Part shown: positions 8,921 to 19,499 of the stretch, piece after piece
How the letters are laid out: every line of letters begins with the position of its first letter
Numbering within the stretch: position 1 is the stretch's first letter
Origin: Candidatus Poribacteria bacterium
Lineage (GTDB): Bacteria; Poribacteria; WGA-4E; WGA-3G
Direction: 5' to 3'
Assembly: GCA_965215265.1 (NCBI GenBank)
Contig: OZ244048.1
Location: 1,728,001 to 1,792,000, forward strand
DNA length: 64,000 nucleotides
Program-made: the position numbers and the translations under genes
Notes under the pieces: generated by a model
Databases searched by the model: none
Told to the model about the DNA's origin: nothing
Seen by the model: the letters and a program-made list of their open reading frames with translations, nothing else

Positions 8921-10321
8921 TTAAATATCAGGATGCAGTGTGTGCCACGTTGTGGCTTGTTCGTAGGCGTGACCCACCTGACATAAGCTCCGTTCTGACA
9001 AAGGCTTTCCGACAAATTGGATGCTGAGCGGTAACCCTTCGCTGTTCATGCCACATGGTACGGATAGCGTGGGTGCCCCGTTGTAGTCAAACGGCACGGT
9101 GAAGCGTTGGAATTTGGGTGGCCGGTCTTCATGCGCGCCGTAAAGTTTCTCTGGTGTAACGCGGTGCGGTGGGGCAGACATAGAGGGACATACGAGGACA
9201 TCAATGTCGGCGAACACCTTTTTCAGATTCCCTGTGCAGGCGGTTCTCAATTTATTGGCTTTGGCATATTCCGCGCCTGTGACGTTCGCGCCCATATCAA
9301 GCCAACCTCGGAACCATGGGCCGTAAGCGTCACGTTGAGCTGGATAAGTCGCCTCGTGTGCTGCCACTGCTTCAGCGGTACACAACGTCGGCCATGCGGA
9401 GACGTACTCATCCATGTCGGGCAGTTGAACTTCAACGATTTCTGCATTTTGTGCTGCGAGGACTTCCACGCCGGCGAGGACTGATTCAGCGAGCTCCGGG
9501 TCGATGTCTTCAGTGGCATAATTTTTGTCGAATCCGATGCGGATGTCTCGGATACCATCTCCTATTCCATCAAGCATCTGGGGCACCGGGTCCGGCAGGG
9601 AAGTCGGGTCATTTGGGTCAAAACCGGCAATCGTCTCAAATAGCACTGCAGCGTCAGCGACACTACGTGTCATGGGGCCGACGTGGTCAAGGGATTCAGC
9701 AAGCGGTAGCACGCCGTGGCGACTGACCCTGCCCCACGTCGGTTTCAATCCGACTGTCCCACACGCCGCGGCAGGGAAACGGATAGAACCGCCGGTATCA
9801 CTGCCGAGTGAACCGAAGCAGAGCCCGGCTGCCGTTGCGACACCGGAGCCGCTTGATGATGAACCGGTCCAGCGTTCGGGATTCCACGGGTTCTTCGGAA
9901 TCTCAAATTCCGGGTTGTAGCCGCCCATTGCGCCTTCGGTTAGATTGAGTTTGCCAAGTAACACGGCACCTGCTGCTTCAAGTCTCGCGACAACGGTGCT
10001 ATCAAATTCAGGCACGTGGTCTGTGAGTACTTTCGCCCCACCCATTGTGCGGACATCCTTGGTGAAACAGAGGTCCTTGACAGCGATAGGGATGCCGTGA
10101 AGCGATCCCCGGTAGTGGCCCGCACTAATCTCTGTCTCGGCTTTGTGGGCGGCAGTTATGGCGTGCTCTGTCATAACCGTTGCATAACTTTTCAATCGGC
10201 CGTCAAGTTCGGCAATGCGTTGAAGCATCGTGTATGTAACCGCGACTGGCGATAACTGTTTAGAGGCGATCTGCTCGGCAATTTCAGTGATTGTTTTGAA
10301 ATGAAGGGGCGTTTCGGGCAT
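8921..10321 (-). CDS. Amidase signature family enzyme
   Basis: LHGIPIAVKDL, GSSSSGSG, GSDTGGSIRFPAA; start placed at MPETP (ORF is open to 10351). Confidence 0.93.
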   Translation of the reverse strand: MPETPLHFKTITEIAEQIASKQLSPVAVTYTMLQRIAELDGRLKSYATVMTEHAITAAHKAETEISAGHYRGSLHGIPIAVKDLCFTKDVRTMGGAKVLTDHVPEFDSTVVARLEAAGAVLLGKLNLTEGAMGGYNPEFEIPKNPWNPERWTGSSSSGSGVATAAGLCFGSLGSDTGGSIRFPAAACGTVGLKPTWGRVSRHGVLPLAESLDHVGPMTRSVADAAVLFETIAGFDPNDPTSLPDPVPQMLDGIGDGIRDIRIGFDKNYATEDIDPELAESVLAGVEVLAAQNAEIVEVQLPDMDEYVSAWPTLCTAEAVAAHEATYPAQRDAYGPWFRGWLDMGANVTGAEYAKANKLRTACTGNLKKVFADIDVLVCPSMSAPPHRVTPEKLYGAHEDRPPKFQRFTVPFDYNGAPTLSVPCGMNSEGLPLSIQFVGKPLSERSLCQVGHAYEQATTWHTLHPDI

Positions 10322-10347
10322 GTGCTTTTCCTGATTCCTGGGATGTC

Positions 10348-11235
10348 TCAATTCGCAGCTGCTGGGCGGCTCCGTCCTAATAGGTCGAGCAGCCGATCAC
10401 TGGCATTTTGGAGCGCGTCTTCTGGCACGGGTACACTATTGCAGAGGCTAAACCGCCAATATGCCCAGTATGCGGCGTACTGTGATTGCAAAATATAGCG
10501 GGTTTGATTGGAGCGGTTGGGCGCACCGCGATGCCAGCACTGCGGGTCTTGTAGATAGATGTCGCCTGCCTTGCAGAAAACAGAGACTGGTTTATTCCCT
10601 TCAAATTCAGGGTTTTGGGTGTCGTTGGGATGTCTACCTGAGTAATGGCTGCCACGCACGTACTGCGTCGGCCCCTGTTCGATTGAATCAATATCATTCA
10701 ATGCCATCTGAACGGTGAACCACATGACCGGCATCCGCAGGCGCGGATCATGGCGTGGCATCTCATCCGTGACAGGGAAATGAACCGAGCCGTCCACATG
10801 CCACCGGTCGATCGAGAGCCCGGGCAAATTCCGTAGCACATTTTGCCCACAAAACTTACAATCCTTGCCGACGATCGCCTCGGCTAAGCTAAGGATCGGC
10901 TCGCGGAGCAGCATATCCCGGAAAATCGGGTCGAGTTCAATCGTGTTCCGCAAAATGAACGGAAGGTGTTCACCGGAGTCGCTATGTGCCCCCATCTGGA
11001 TGTATCTCACATCGGCGAGGTCCGGATTGGTTCTTTCAGCTAGGTGCGGATCCGCGAAGAATTCATCGGTTTTCTGGCGGAGTGCTGTAACCTCTTCATC
11101 AGTCAGCACCCCCGGAATATGGACGAACCCGTCGCGGAAAAATTGTTGGGCGATCTGCGCGGTTTTCTCCGTGCTGAAGGGTTCACCCTTGAGAATTGCA
11201 GTGTGAGGCATGTTTTGTTCCTCCTCTGTTCCCAT
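10348..11235 (-). CDS. Phytanoyl-CoA dioxygenase (PhyH) family
   Basis: FFRDGFVHIPGVL, WHVD, GPTQYVRGSH, WHRG..N. Confidence 0.88.
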   Translation of the reverse strand: MGTEEEQNMPHTAILKGEPFSTEKTAQIAQQFFRDGFVHIPGVLTDEEVTALRQKTDEFFADPHLAERTNPDLADVRYIQMGAHSDSGEHLPFILRNTIELDPIFRDMLLREPILSLAEAIVGKDCKFCGQNVLRNLPGLSIDRWHVDGSVHFPVTDEMPRHDPRLRMPVMWFTVQMALNDIDSIEQGPTQYVRGSHYSGRHPNDTQNPEFEGNKPVSVFCKAGDIYLQDPQCWHRGAPNRSNQTRYILQSQYAAYWAYWRFSLCNSVPVPEDALQNASDRLLDLLGRSRPAAAN

Positions 11236-11245
11236 TGAATCGCTG

Positions 11246-12265
11246 ATAGTTCCTGACCCGATTTGTTTTTTCTGTGGAAACAGTCCTTTCCTATACGATT
11301 CAGAAACTTGCTTATATTTACACTATCTAGCAGAATTATAGTAAACTCCCTAGAAGGCAGGCAAACGTTAGTTTGAATCTCGGTTAAATTTTGATATTAG
11401 AAAATTCACTGCGTCCGATGTTAAATTTGGAATCTCTGTGACTATTTCTTTTCGTCCGAGTTTGGAAAAAGACGGTTGATGTTCACGTAGTCTACGAACA
11501 CAAGAGATATCAGCGTCAAGGTGAGGTCTGATTCGTTCTAAGGCACGTTTGTAACTCGGTAGAGTAGGATGCCAGTTAGGCTCGCCCAGCACCTTTTCCA
11601 TGTAGTAAAAAGCGAAGTAGCAAGCAACTCCCTCTTCAAAATTAGTGGCATGATTTCCACCGGTCGGTGCGAGCAAATGGACTGTTTCATGGGCTAGTTG
11701 ATAGTATGCTTGCGAAGTGTTTTTAGCAGCACCAGCACATAGGTTAAGTCGAATAATGATCTGCGAATCATTTATATGCCAAATATACGGAATATCAGAA
11801 GTAAATTCTATACCCAGGATGGTGTACGAAGTATCCCGGGGACCGAATAATCTTTCAGCCTTGTCAAGCATATCCCCTAGACGAGAAGCTAATGTATAGG
11901 TGTATCTGCAGTCATTGGGCAGACGTTCTGCAACCAGCAGCTCATTATTGATCTTAATATCTTGCATGATTTGTTCCTTTTATAGTAGATTTTAGAATGA
12001 CTGATATATTTGAAGAATGTCCTCAAGAGGCTTGTCAGCATGATATTCTCGAAGCCGTTTGAGATTTGCAAAGTCATGTTCAATTAGATTCAAATCCCGC
12101 GGATACGGCAGCAGAAATAGCAATGTTGCGAAAACAGTTTAACACTTTTGAAGAAAAATGTCACTGTATTTTTCTAACTCACTATAGTTCCTGATCTGAT
12201 TCGTTTTTTCTGTGGGAACAGTCCTTTCCTATAAGATTCAGAAACTTGCTTATATTTACACTATC
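11246..12265. repeat. 82-bp direct repeat (11246-11327 and 12184-12265) flanking CDS 11368-11967
   Basis: ATAGTTCCTGA..GATT.GTTTTTTCTGTGG.AACAGTCCTTTCCTATA.GATTCAGAAACTTGCTTATATTTACACTATC in both copies. Confidence 0.92.
11368..11967 (-). CDS. Putative zincin metallopeptidase (ImmA/IrrE-like HExxH)
   Basis: QLAHETVHLL followed by NFEEGVAC (third ligand Glu). Confidence 0.65.
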   Translation of the reverse strand: MQDIKINNELLVAERLPNDCRYTYTLASRLGDMLDKAERLFGPRDTSYTILGIEFTSDIPYIWHINDSQIIIRLNLCAGAAKNTSQAYYQLAHETVHLLAPTGGNHATNFEEGVACYFAFYYMEKVLGEPNWHPTLPSYKRALERIRPHLDADISCVRRLREHQPSFSKLGRKEIVTEIPNLTSDAVNFLISKFNRDSN

Positions 12266-12385
12266 CGGTCAAATTGATAAGTTCTCATTCTATTCATATC
12301 GTCCCATGTAATTGCTTTCCATATAAGTCTTTCGTCCGTCGAATACAAATAAAAATTGTACACCCGCACTTGATAATGCTGAAAT

Positions 12386-15300
12386 TTATTCAGCAATAAT
12401 GCCATAAAGGGCAGCTACCCCTCGATCCAGTTTATCCTCAAGGACAGACACGTCGGCATTTAAATCCGCTCGTTTCGCGGAGAGAATCTCATCAACCAAC
12501 GTAACAATCGGTACTTGTTGCTGAGGTGAGACATCAGGAACCGGGAGTTGCTTCCAGTCGTCAGGGTAGAGAGAGATGTTGCTCCGCCGATTCGCTCTCA
12601 GGAAATTATGGGCGAAATTGGAATTCATCACGCCAAGCAAGAACTTCACGGAGAATCGACGGCTTGTTTTCTCAAGTTCTTCGCGTTGTGGCAAATCTGA
12701 ACGTTGGGGAGTTTCATCTTGATAACGGGTGCGTTGTTTTATCGACTTATTCCGAACGCCTGCTAAGTGATGCCAAAGAATGAATCCAATACTATTCGCT
12801 GTGAAAATGAGGTTCTGGTCATCATAACAAGCCTTTGGGTCCGGGCCAGGGTTCCGCGGGGCTAGAATGTTTTCATCAACTTCATAGAGCTCAGGGAAAT
12901 TTACTGAATTAAATAGGCTAGGTGCTCGTTCAGTTCCCCACTCTAGCCATTTGTGTGTAACAGGAATCCATCTTCCAAGATGCTTTCCTTCTACAAACGG
13001 CTTCGGATGCAACTCGTCCCTAGTGTCTGAAACTACATCTTTCTCCTTAAATGCACCTCGTGCTCTTCTTGAGTGTGCATGAACGCTCATCCCTGTTGTA
13101 ATATAACAAATTTTATCAAGTGTCACCGTTTGAATGGAGAATTGTTCAGCCCCGGTGTCTTCTGGAAAAAAGACGCGAGAGGTGAGGGACCGTTGTTCGT
13201 TCGTTGGTAAGGACGTAACGTCTCCGAACTCAAGTGCATGCACGCGGCGGTTAGGTTGATGGCGGTTTCCATCTGTCCGTTGAAACAGATAGATGAGGTT
13301 TTTCACAGCAGCGTCAAAGATTTGAAGATTGCTAAGAAAGTCAAGCCGCAGGATGCGGCTATTTTTCAAAAACCAGTCATGAGATTTCTGTGCGTATTTT
13401 GCGTGGCAGTACGCATCCGAAACGATGAGCGTTGTAAAACCGCCGGGCTTGAGGAGTTTGTAACTCCGTTCAATGAACGGAATATACAGATCCCATTTAC
13501 CGTAAAGCGTTTCATACTGATTGCTATCTCTAATTTGCTGACGTAACGTTTGTAGTCCTTCTGCGTCTGCCCGGACGTAGGGCGGGTTGCCGATGGTAAT
13601 GTTAAAACCCTCTGCGAGCCCGAACATCCATTCTGGGTCGAAAAAGTCAGCAGAAGCGTTCTGATCGTAGGGGTCCCAGGCGGCGATTTCTTGGGCGGTG
13701 CTGCTCGGTAAACCGAGCACGTTGAGCAATTTGCCAATTTCGGCACGGAGGACGGCATCTCGTTCGCGATAGCGTGTTTTGGTACGCGGTGTGCGTGCTG
13801 TAAAGTGGCGACGGCGTACCGCTTCAAGTTCTTTCTCTTTTTTTATAATTTCTGGGGTACGGAGAGACAATTGACCTGTGATACCGAGGAGCGCGTTTGC
13901 GGAGACAAACTTGGTTTCTAGATTTGGGAGGGGACGCACGCCGCGGTTTTCGAGCGTGTCGTCGATTTTCTGATCGACAATGAGAGAGATGAAGCATCGA
14001 AGTTTGGCTATCTGTGCGGCAACCGGCTGGATATCTACGCCGTAGATGCAGTTTTCAATTAGGAAGAGTTTGCGGCCGTAGTCGAGCTCGTTCCGTTCGA
14101 ACGCCTCATTGATATTGTTGATTTCCCCTTCAAGGTCGCGGATGGTGTTCTCTCTAACTGTGCTGTCGTCTATTGCCTCGGCTGCTTTGATGGTGTTTTC
14201 TACTCTGGCAATCTGTCGTTGTCTCCACCGGTCGTTGCGCGGGTCGAGTTTTGCGAGGATGAAAACGAGTTTATGCAGCACGCCCATTGGGAAGGCGCCC
14301 GAGCCGCAGGCAGGGTCGAGAATCTTGAGGGTATCGATGGCTCTTATCAGCTGCGTGGTTTCCTCGTCGTTAAATTGATGGGGTGCGTCGTTATAGGCGA
14401 TTAGGTGTCGGAGTCTCTTTTCAATATCAGATGTCTCTGAGTCGGACATTGTCGTCTGCTGTGTCTCAAGTTCGGTTTTGAGGTAGGCAACGAGCGATTC
14501 GTTAACCATATAGTCGACGATTTCACGCGGTGTGTAGAAAGAGCCGGTCTGCTTGCGGGCGGTTACGCCGGTTTCGGGGTTGTAGGCAGCCAGCAGGTTT
14601 TCGAAGACTTTTCCGAGTAATTCAGGATCAAGCGCGATTTCCTCCTCGATCGGTGTGTTCTCGGTAATCGTAAATTTGTATCGGTGGAGGATTTCAATCA
14701 ACCCGCTGACTTTGTAGCGCTTGCCTTTTGTATCGTAGAACTTGTTGAGGTCCACGTTCTTTTCTTCGGAAAAGAAAAGGAAATTGGGAACAGAGAGCGG
14801 ATTGTCATCCCGGTCGGAGAAGCCGTCAACTCGTAGGACGTTTTTGGACTCTCCCTTGACTTTCTTATCGAGACACTCGAACAGCCCGCCATTAAGAAAA
14901 GGTATCTGCTCAAACAAGCGGAGTGCCTCGTCTGCATCGTTAAAATACGACTTATAGCGGTAGAGCGATGTGATATTGTAGTGTTGTCGTCCGTCGCCGC
15001 GGAATTTGCGGTTAGTGGGCTTTTCGGGAGTGTTCATCTCCTGATTAAGCGTCGCGAAGAAAAGGTTTTGGAGGATCGCCTTGTAATAGGTGCTCTCCTG
15101 CGGTTCGGTGTTAACAAGGATTTTCTCTATCTCTCTCTGCGTAAAGAGTGTATCTGGCACTAATCTCTTTTCCTTGATGAACCAGGCGAAAATCAAGCGT
15201 GTAATCAAGCGGATGACACTGGTGGCGTTTCGGATTCCACTATCTGCCCCGGCATCGTATGGAAATGTTACGTTCTCCACTGCCCAGAAATACCAGTGGG

Positions 15301-15997
15301 AGAGTTCGCGATAGAACTGTCTGTTTAGTTCTTGAATATCCAGTGTTTTTGTCCAGGCGCGATGCAGTTCAACAAAGTTGCTAAAACCGTGCACTCTGAA
15401 TAATTCCTCGCACGACAGTTCAAACAGAATTTTGATGTGAGCCGGATGCGGTGCTTGGAAGTCGATATCCTTAATCAGCGTTACCTTTTCGAGTACATCT
15501 TTGGTGCCATCGCGTTTATGTAAACGCCGGTTGATGACGGCGAAGGTTAAGGTTTGTCCGTGCTGGAAGATTATCATAGCGGGCATCGGGGTGAGTTTGT
15601 TGATTTCGCGGGTGATGTTGGCGAGCTGTGTACGGGTGTAAGTGTTTGCCTGTAGCTTCAGCGCAAAGAATAGGTAGGACTCAATAATGGTGTTATCAAT
15701 TTGTTGATTGTTGAAGGGGAGGCGTTTTTGAGTGCTTCCGGAGATTTCTTCTGCTGTCAGTTGGAACAGTAAATCGATTGATTCCCATTCATTTACGAGT
15801 GCCCGTTCCTTGTTGAGTTTACCAAACAGATCGAAATTGGAAATAAACGCTTCGGCGAGATTAGATTCAAAATCCACGGTTATTTCGCTTTGGTAGCCGA
15901 GTGTGTTAAGCAGGTTTCTGGCATTCCTGACTAGGGAGTGGTGGGGAAAATCTTTTAGTGCTTGTTCAATGTTTTTCATCGCGTGCAGTCTGTTCAT
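12386..15997 (-). CDS. Large type IIG/Eco57I-like DNA adenine methyltransferase with TaqI-like C-terminal target recognition domain
   Basis: GSFYTP, ILDPACGSGAF (motif I), YGVDI, IGNPPY (motif IV); ATGA overlap with the upstream helicase stop. Confidence 0.9.
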   Translation of the reverse strand: MNRLHAMKNIEQALKDFPHHSLVRNARNLLNTLGYQSEITVDFESNLAEAFISNFDLFGKLNKERALVNEWESIDLLFQLTAEEISGSTQKRLPFNNQQIDNTIIESYLFFALKLQANTYTRTQLANITREINKLTPMPAMIIFQHGQTLTFAVINRRLHKRDGTKDVLEKVTLIKDIDFQAPHPAHIKILFELSCEELFRVHGFSNFVELHRAWTKTLDIQELNRQFYRELSHWYFWAVENVTFPYDAGADSGIRNATSVIRLITRLIFAWFIKEKRLVPDTLFTQREIEKILVNTEPQESTYYKAILQNLFFATLNQEMNTPEKPTNRKFRGDGRQHYNITSLYRYKSYFNDADEALRLFEQIPFLNGGLFECLDKKVKGESKNVLRVDGFSDRDDNPLSVPNFLFFSEEKNVDLNKFYDTKGKRYKVSGLIEILHRYKFTITENTPIEEEIALDPELLGKVFENLLAAYNPETGVTARKQTGSFYTPREIVDYMVNESLVAYLKTELETQQTTMSDSETSDIEKRLRHLIAYNDAPHQFNDEETTQLIRAIDTLKILDPACGSGAFPMGVLHKLVFILAKLDPRNDRWRQRQIARVENTIKAAEAIDDSTVRENTIRDLEGEINNINEAFERNELDYGRKLFLIENCIYGVDIQPVAAQIAKLRCFISLIVDQKIDDTLENRGVRPLPNLETKFVSANALLGITGQLSLRTPEIIKKEKELEAVRRRHFTARTPRTKTRYRERDAVLRAEIGKLLNVLGLPSSTAQEIAAWDPYDQNASADFFDPEWMFGLAEGFNITIGNPPYVRADAEGLQTLRQQIRDSNQYETLYGKWDLYIPFIERSYKLLKPGGFTTLIVSDAYCHAKYAQKSHDWFLKNSRILRLDFLSNLQIFDAAVKNLIYLFQRTDGNRHQPNRRVHALEFGDVTSLPTNEQRSLTSRVFFPEDTGAEQFSIQTVTLDKICYITTGMSVHAHSRRARGAFKEKDVVSDTRDELHPKPFVEGKHLGRWIPVTHKWLEWGTERAPSLFNSVNFPELYEVDENILAPRNPGPDPKACYDDQNLIFTANSIGFILWHHLAGVRNKSIKQRTRYQDETPQRSDLPQREELEKTSRRFSVKFLLGVMNSNFAHNFLRANRRSNISLYPDDWKQLPVPDVSPQQQVPIVTLVDEILSAKRADLNADVSVLEDKLDRGVAALYGIIAE

Positions 15998-18900
15998 TGA
16001 ATCACCAGCCATGTAATAAGTTCAAAATCAGTTGTATTGCTAACCTGTTTTTGTTGCTTTAGCATCTTACCGCTGCGGCTTGATAAGAGGTTGCCGATGG
16101 CACGTTTTTGGTAGGTGCGCGTGATTGAGTTAACAGCTTTCTGGAGGAGGGCGTTGTAGTGCGTCATATTTTCTCCGTTGTGGGTGTGTTTGTCAAACAG
16201 GGTGCACAACTCTTCATACGGCTGCTTGACTCCTGCACAGAGTTGTCGGTACATCTCAAATATCTGTTTGGGTTGTGCAAAAGTAAAGCGTACGATGCCG
16301 TCGTCGCGAATGTAGACAAGAAAGTAGGGTTGCAAGGGGTTTATCTGTTCATTTCCGGTTGAATCACCTTTTTGACGCAAACAGAAAATGACACCTTTGG
16401 TTATGGTTTGATAATCGGGATGTGATGGTACAACGGCATAAAGTCCGAAAGGTGCATCTTCAAGGCGCTTGCGGTTGCTTTGAATATAATTCACCAAGTC
16501 GATACGGAATTCATCTAGGTTAAATTCATTGAGTACGACGTTTTCGCTGAAATCTTCGAGGTCTAGGACTTCATCTTTGAGTTTTAGTAGTTGCCGGTCT
16601 CGGTATTTGAGTTCATCTGTGAGGTGTTCCTGAATATTTTCTGGTTGTAGGAGGTTGTCGCCCTGGGTTGCGGCGATATCCACGAGTGCCATTCGTGCCT
16701 CGACGCGATTTTTGAGTTTGATGTAGCGGTTGAGGTCTGGTGTCGGCCAAAAGTTGACAAGTTTGACGTTGCGATTGATACTACCGATGCGGTCTATTCT
16801 GCCGAAGCGTTGAATGATACGGACTGGGTTCCAGTGAATGTCGTAGTTAATGAGATAATCACAGTCTTGCAAGTTTTGGCCTTCGGAAATGCAGTCTGTG
16901 CCAATCAAGAGGTCAATTTCGGCATCTTGTGGCATAGAATCTATCGCGGCGCGTTTTCTGGATTCTGGAGAGAAATTGGTTAGGATATGTTCAAATTTGC
17001 TACGGCCGAAAGTTGTTTTATTCCCGCTTGTGCCTCCGGATACCATTGCGGTATGAATTCCGAATTCTTCGGATGCCCATTGCTGTAAAGCGTCGTAAAG
17101 ATAGGTGGCTGTATCCGCAAAAGCGGTAAAGATTAATACTTTACGATTTGGGTTGCCGTTCCGGTCAGTGGTAGGATTTTTTACCTTTTCAGCAATTAAT
17201 TCCTGGAGTTTGGCGAGTTTTGCATCACGTTCAGGCGTAATGTCCTTTGCGTAAATATAAGGCAGCTCAAGTTGCTCCTGGTCACGGTTCAGGTCTGCTA
17301 ACCACCTTTCGACGTCAAGGTGTGCCATTTTGAAGACCAGTTTTTTCCCTACCTGCATCGCTGCTTGTAACTCTTCGTCGTCAAGTTCCTCAATTTGAAT
17401 CTCTTCCAGGCTAAGTTCAGAATTTTCATCTTGGAATTTTTGGAACCGTTCGATGCGTTTTTTTAGATCGTCAAGTTTTGCGATGGTTCGTTCCAACGTA
17501 ATAGCAAAGGAGTGGACGGAACTTTCCAAGCGTTTAAGAAAGTTCACCTTCATCATGCCGATTAGGTAGTATTCCCGGTCGGTTTGTTTGAAATTTTTAA
17601 TCTGTCCCAAATCATATTCGTCATAATATTCGGGCAGAATATATTTTGAAGGGTTGAATAGAGAAAGTTGGTAGTTGGAAATTTCTTCGTTTAATTCGTC
17701 GTAAGATAGGAACTGACGTTTCAGATCAATCTCGGAGTAGACAGAAACGGGCTTGGTTCGTTTGGGGAATCCGCCTAGTTTTTTTAGCGATTCGGGATAG
17801 TATTTTTCAATATGTTTTCGCGAACGCGCAATAGTCAATTCATCGAGCAGTATGAAAAAAGCGGAGCTGAGTTTTTCCAATAAATCTCGGGTGTGCCGTC
17901 TCTCTTTCTCTTTTGTCCAGTGTGTGAAAGTTCTTTGTGCATCTGCGAGCGTACTTTTCAGGCTATCGATACTTAACGATTCTCGAAAAGCATCATCTTG
18001 GTTTGCGGTAAGAAAAGAGATTTGATTCCGTAGTTCTTTCAAATCATTGTTGACAGGCGTTGCGGAAAGCAGCAGCACCTTGGTTTTGATACCGTTCTGG
18101 ATAATATCTTCCATTAATCGCTGGTATCGGCTTTTGCTAATCAAGTTTCCGTCTTCGTCCCGTTTGCCCTGTGTATTGTTTCGAAAGTTGTGTGACTCGT
18201 CAATAACAACCAAGTCATAGTTTCCCCAATTGAGGGTTTCGAGATTAATGTTTCCGGAGTATCCACTATCCCGGCTGAGGTCTGTGTGGGATAGGACTGC
18301 GTATCTAAATCCGTCTTTGAGGAACAGGTTGAGCTCACTATTATTTTCTGCTTGATAAATCGTCCAATTGTCCCGGAGTTTTTTGGGGCATAACACCAGT
18401 ACGTTCTGGTTGCGCAATTCAAAGTACTTGATGATTGCGAGAGCCTCAAAGGTTTTGCCGAGGCCGACACTATCAGCGATGATACAACCGTTGTGTCGAA
18501 GGATTTTGTTAATTGCGCCTTTTACTCCATCCTTTTGAAATTCAAACAGGTAATTCCAGATGTGTGTATCAGTGAGCTGCACATCCTCTGTGAGGAGTCC
18601 ATCTTTTTCTTGCTGTTCTAGGAATTGCCCAAAAATGTGATAAAGCGTTTTATAATAAATGAACTCCGGGGCGTGGTTTTGATAGAGTTGTTCGAGGTAT
18701 GATAAGACTTCCGCTTTAACATCCTCTACAAGTTCGTCGTTATCCCAGATGGTATCGAACCACATTTTGAGTGCGTGCCGGTCTCGGTTGCTGTCCACCT
18801 CCAAATTGAGTTCGATGTTATTGGCGTTTGAGCTGATTCCGAGTCCGCGTACGGTAAAATTGGAGCTACCGACTATTGCCTCCTCCACCCCGTTATTAGA

Positions 18901-19296
18901 GATATAGTACATCTTGCCGTGCATCAAATTAGAGTTTTGAATTGAGCGGATGTGAACCTTTTCTCGAATCCAGTCTGCGCATGCTTTTGCAATCCAATTC
19001 TGTTTTAACCGGTCGTCAAATTCTAAGCCTTCGTCCTCAATCTTAAACGCTTTTTTGTTGCTGGAGGCTGAATCGATCTGTTTGATAAAACGCGGTTCAC
19101 CGTACAGGAACCGGAGTTCTTTAATGTCTGTGAGTTGTGTTCTGAGTGCCTGAAAAGCATAAATTGTGAAGTATGCGGAGACAATAGAGAGGGATGTTCC
19201 GTCTTCTATTTTGGATTTCAGAAAATCCCCAACGTTTCTCGCGCAGAAGTTATCTAGGATTCCGGATTCTTGGAAAGATGAGTTATGACTTGCCAT
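15994..19296 (-). CDS. PLD-nuclease / SNF2-like helicase fusion
   Basis: HGKMY...GSSNFT (PLD), ADSVGLGKT (Walker A), IDESHNFRN, LSATP, SEGQNLQ, QRFGRIDR. Confidence 0.9.
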   Translation of the reverse strand: MASHNSSFQESGILDNFCARNVGDFLKSKIEDGTSLSIVSAYFTIYAFQALRTQLTDIKELRFLYGEPRFIKQIDSASSNKKAFKIEDEGLEFDDRLKQNWIAKACADWIREKVHIRSIQNSNLMHGKMYYISNNGVEEAIVGSSNFTVRGLGISSNANNIELNLEVDSNRDRHALKMWFDTIWDNDELVEDVKAEVLSYLEQLYQNHAPEFIYYKTLYHIFGQFLEQQEKDGLLTEDVQLTDTHIWNYLFEFQKDGVKGAINKILRHNGCIIADSVGLGKTFEALAIIKYFELRNQNVLVLCPKKLRDNWTIYQAENNSELNLFLKDGFRYAVLSHTDLSRDSGYSGNINLETLNWGNYDLVVIDESHNFRNNTQGKRDEDGNLISKSRYQRLMEDIIQNGIKTKVLLLSATPVNNDLKELRNQISFLTANQDDAFRESLSIDSLKSTLADAQRTFTHWTKEKERRHTRDLLEKLSSAFFILLDELTIARSRKHIEKYYPESLKKLGGFPKRTKPVSVYSEIDLKRQFLSYDELNEEISNYQLSLFNPSKYILPEYYDEYDLGQIKNFKQTDREYYLIGMMKVNFLKRLESSVHSFAITLERTIAKLDDLKKRIERFQKFQDENSELSLEEIQIEELDDEELQAAMQVGKKLVFKMAHLDVERWLADLNRDQEQLELPYIYAKDITPERDAKLAKLQELIAEKVKNPTTDRNGNPNRKVLIFTAFADTATYLYDALQQWASEEFGIHTAMVSGGTSGNKTTFGRSKFEHILTNFSPESRKRAAIDSMPQDAEIDLLIGTDCISEGQNLQDCDYLINYDIHWNPVRIIQRFGRIDRIGSINRNVKLVNFWPTPDLNRYIKLKNRVEARMALVDIAATQGDNLLQPENIQEHLTDELKYRDRQLLKLKDEVLDLEDFSENVVLNEFNLDEFRIDLVNYIQSNRKRLEDAPFGLYAVVPSHPDYQTITKGVIFCLRQKGDSTGNEQINPLQPYFLVYIRDDGIVRFTFAQPKQIFEMYRQLCAGVKQPYEELCTLFDKHTHNGENMTHYNALLQKAVNSITRTYQKRAIGNLLSSRSGKMLKQQKQVSNTTDFELITWLVIQ

Positions 19297-19499
19297 AGGT
19301 TATTCGCAACCTTTCTGATAGTTTTAGGGTTTTAAGAGACGCAATCCGTTTTCGGTTAATAGATAATCCTTTTCGTAAGCAAGTTAGCAAATTTTATGAA
19401 ATTCCCCCTTAAGACGTTATAAGATACCAAGTTTTGAAAAAATTTTCAAGAAAAAGCAGATGCGTTTTGTGGGGGGCTCCATTATCAATTAATTATATT

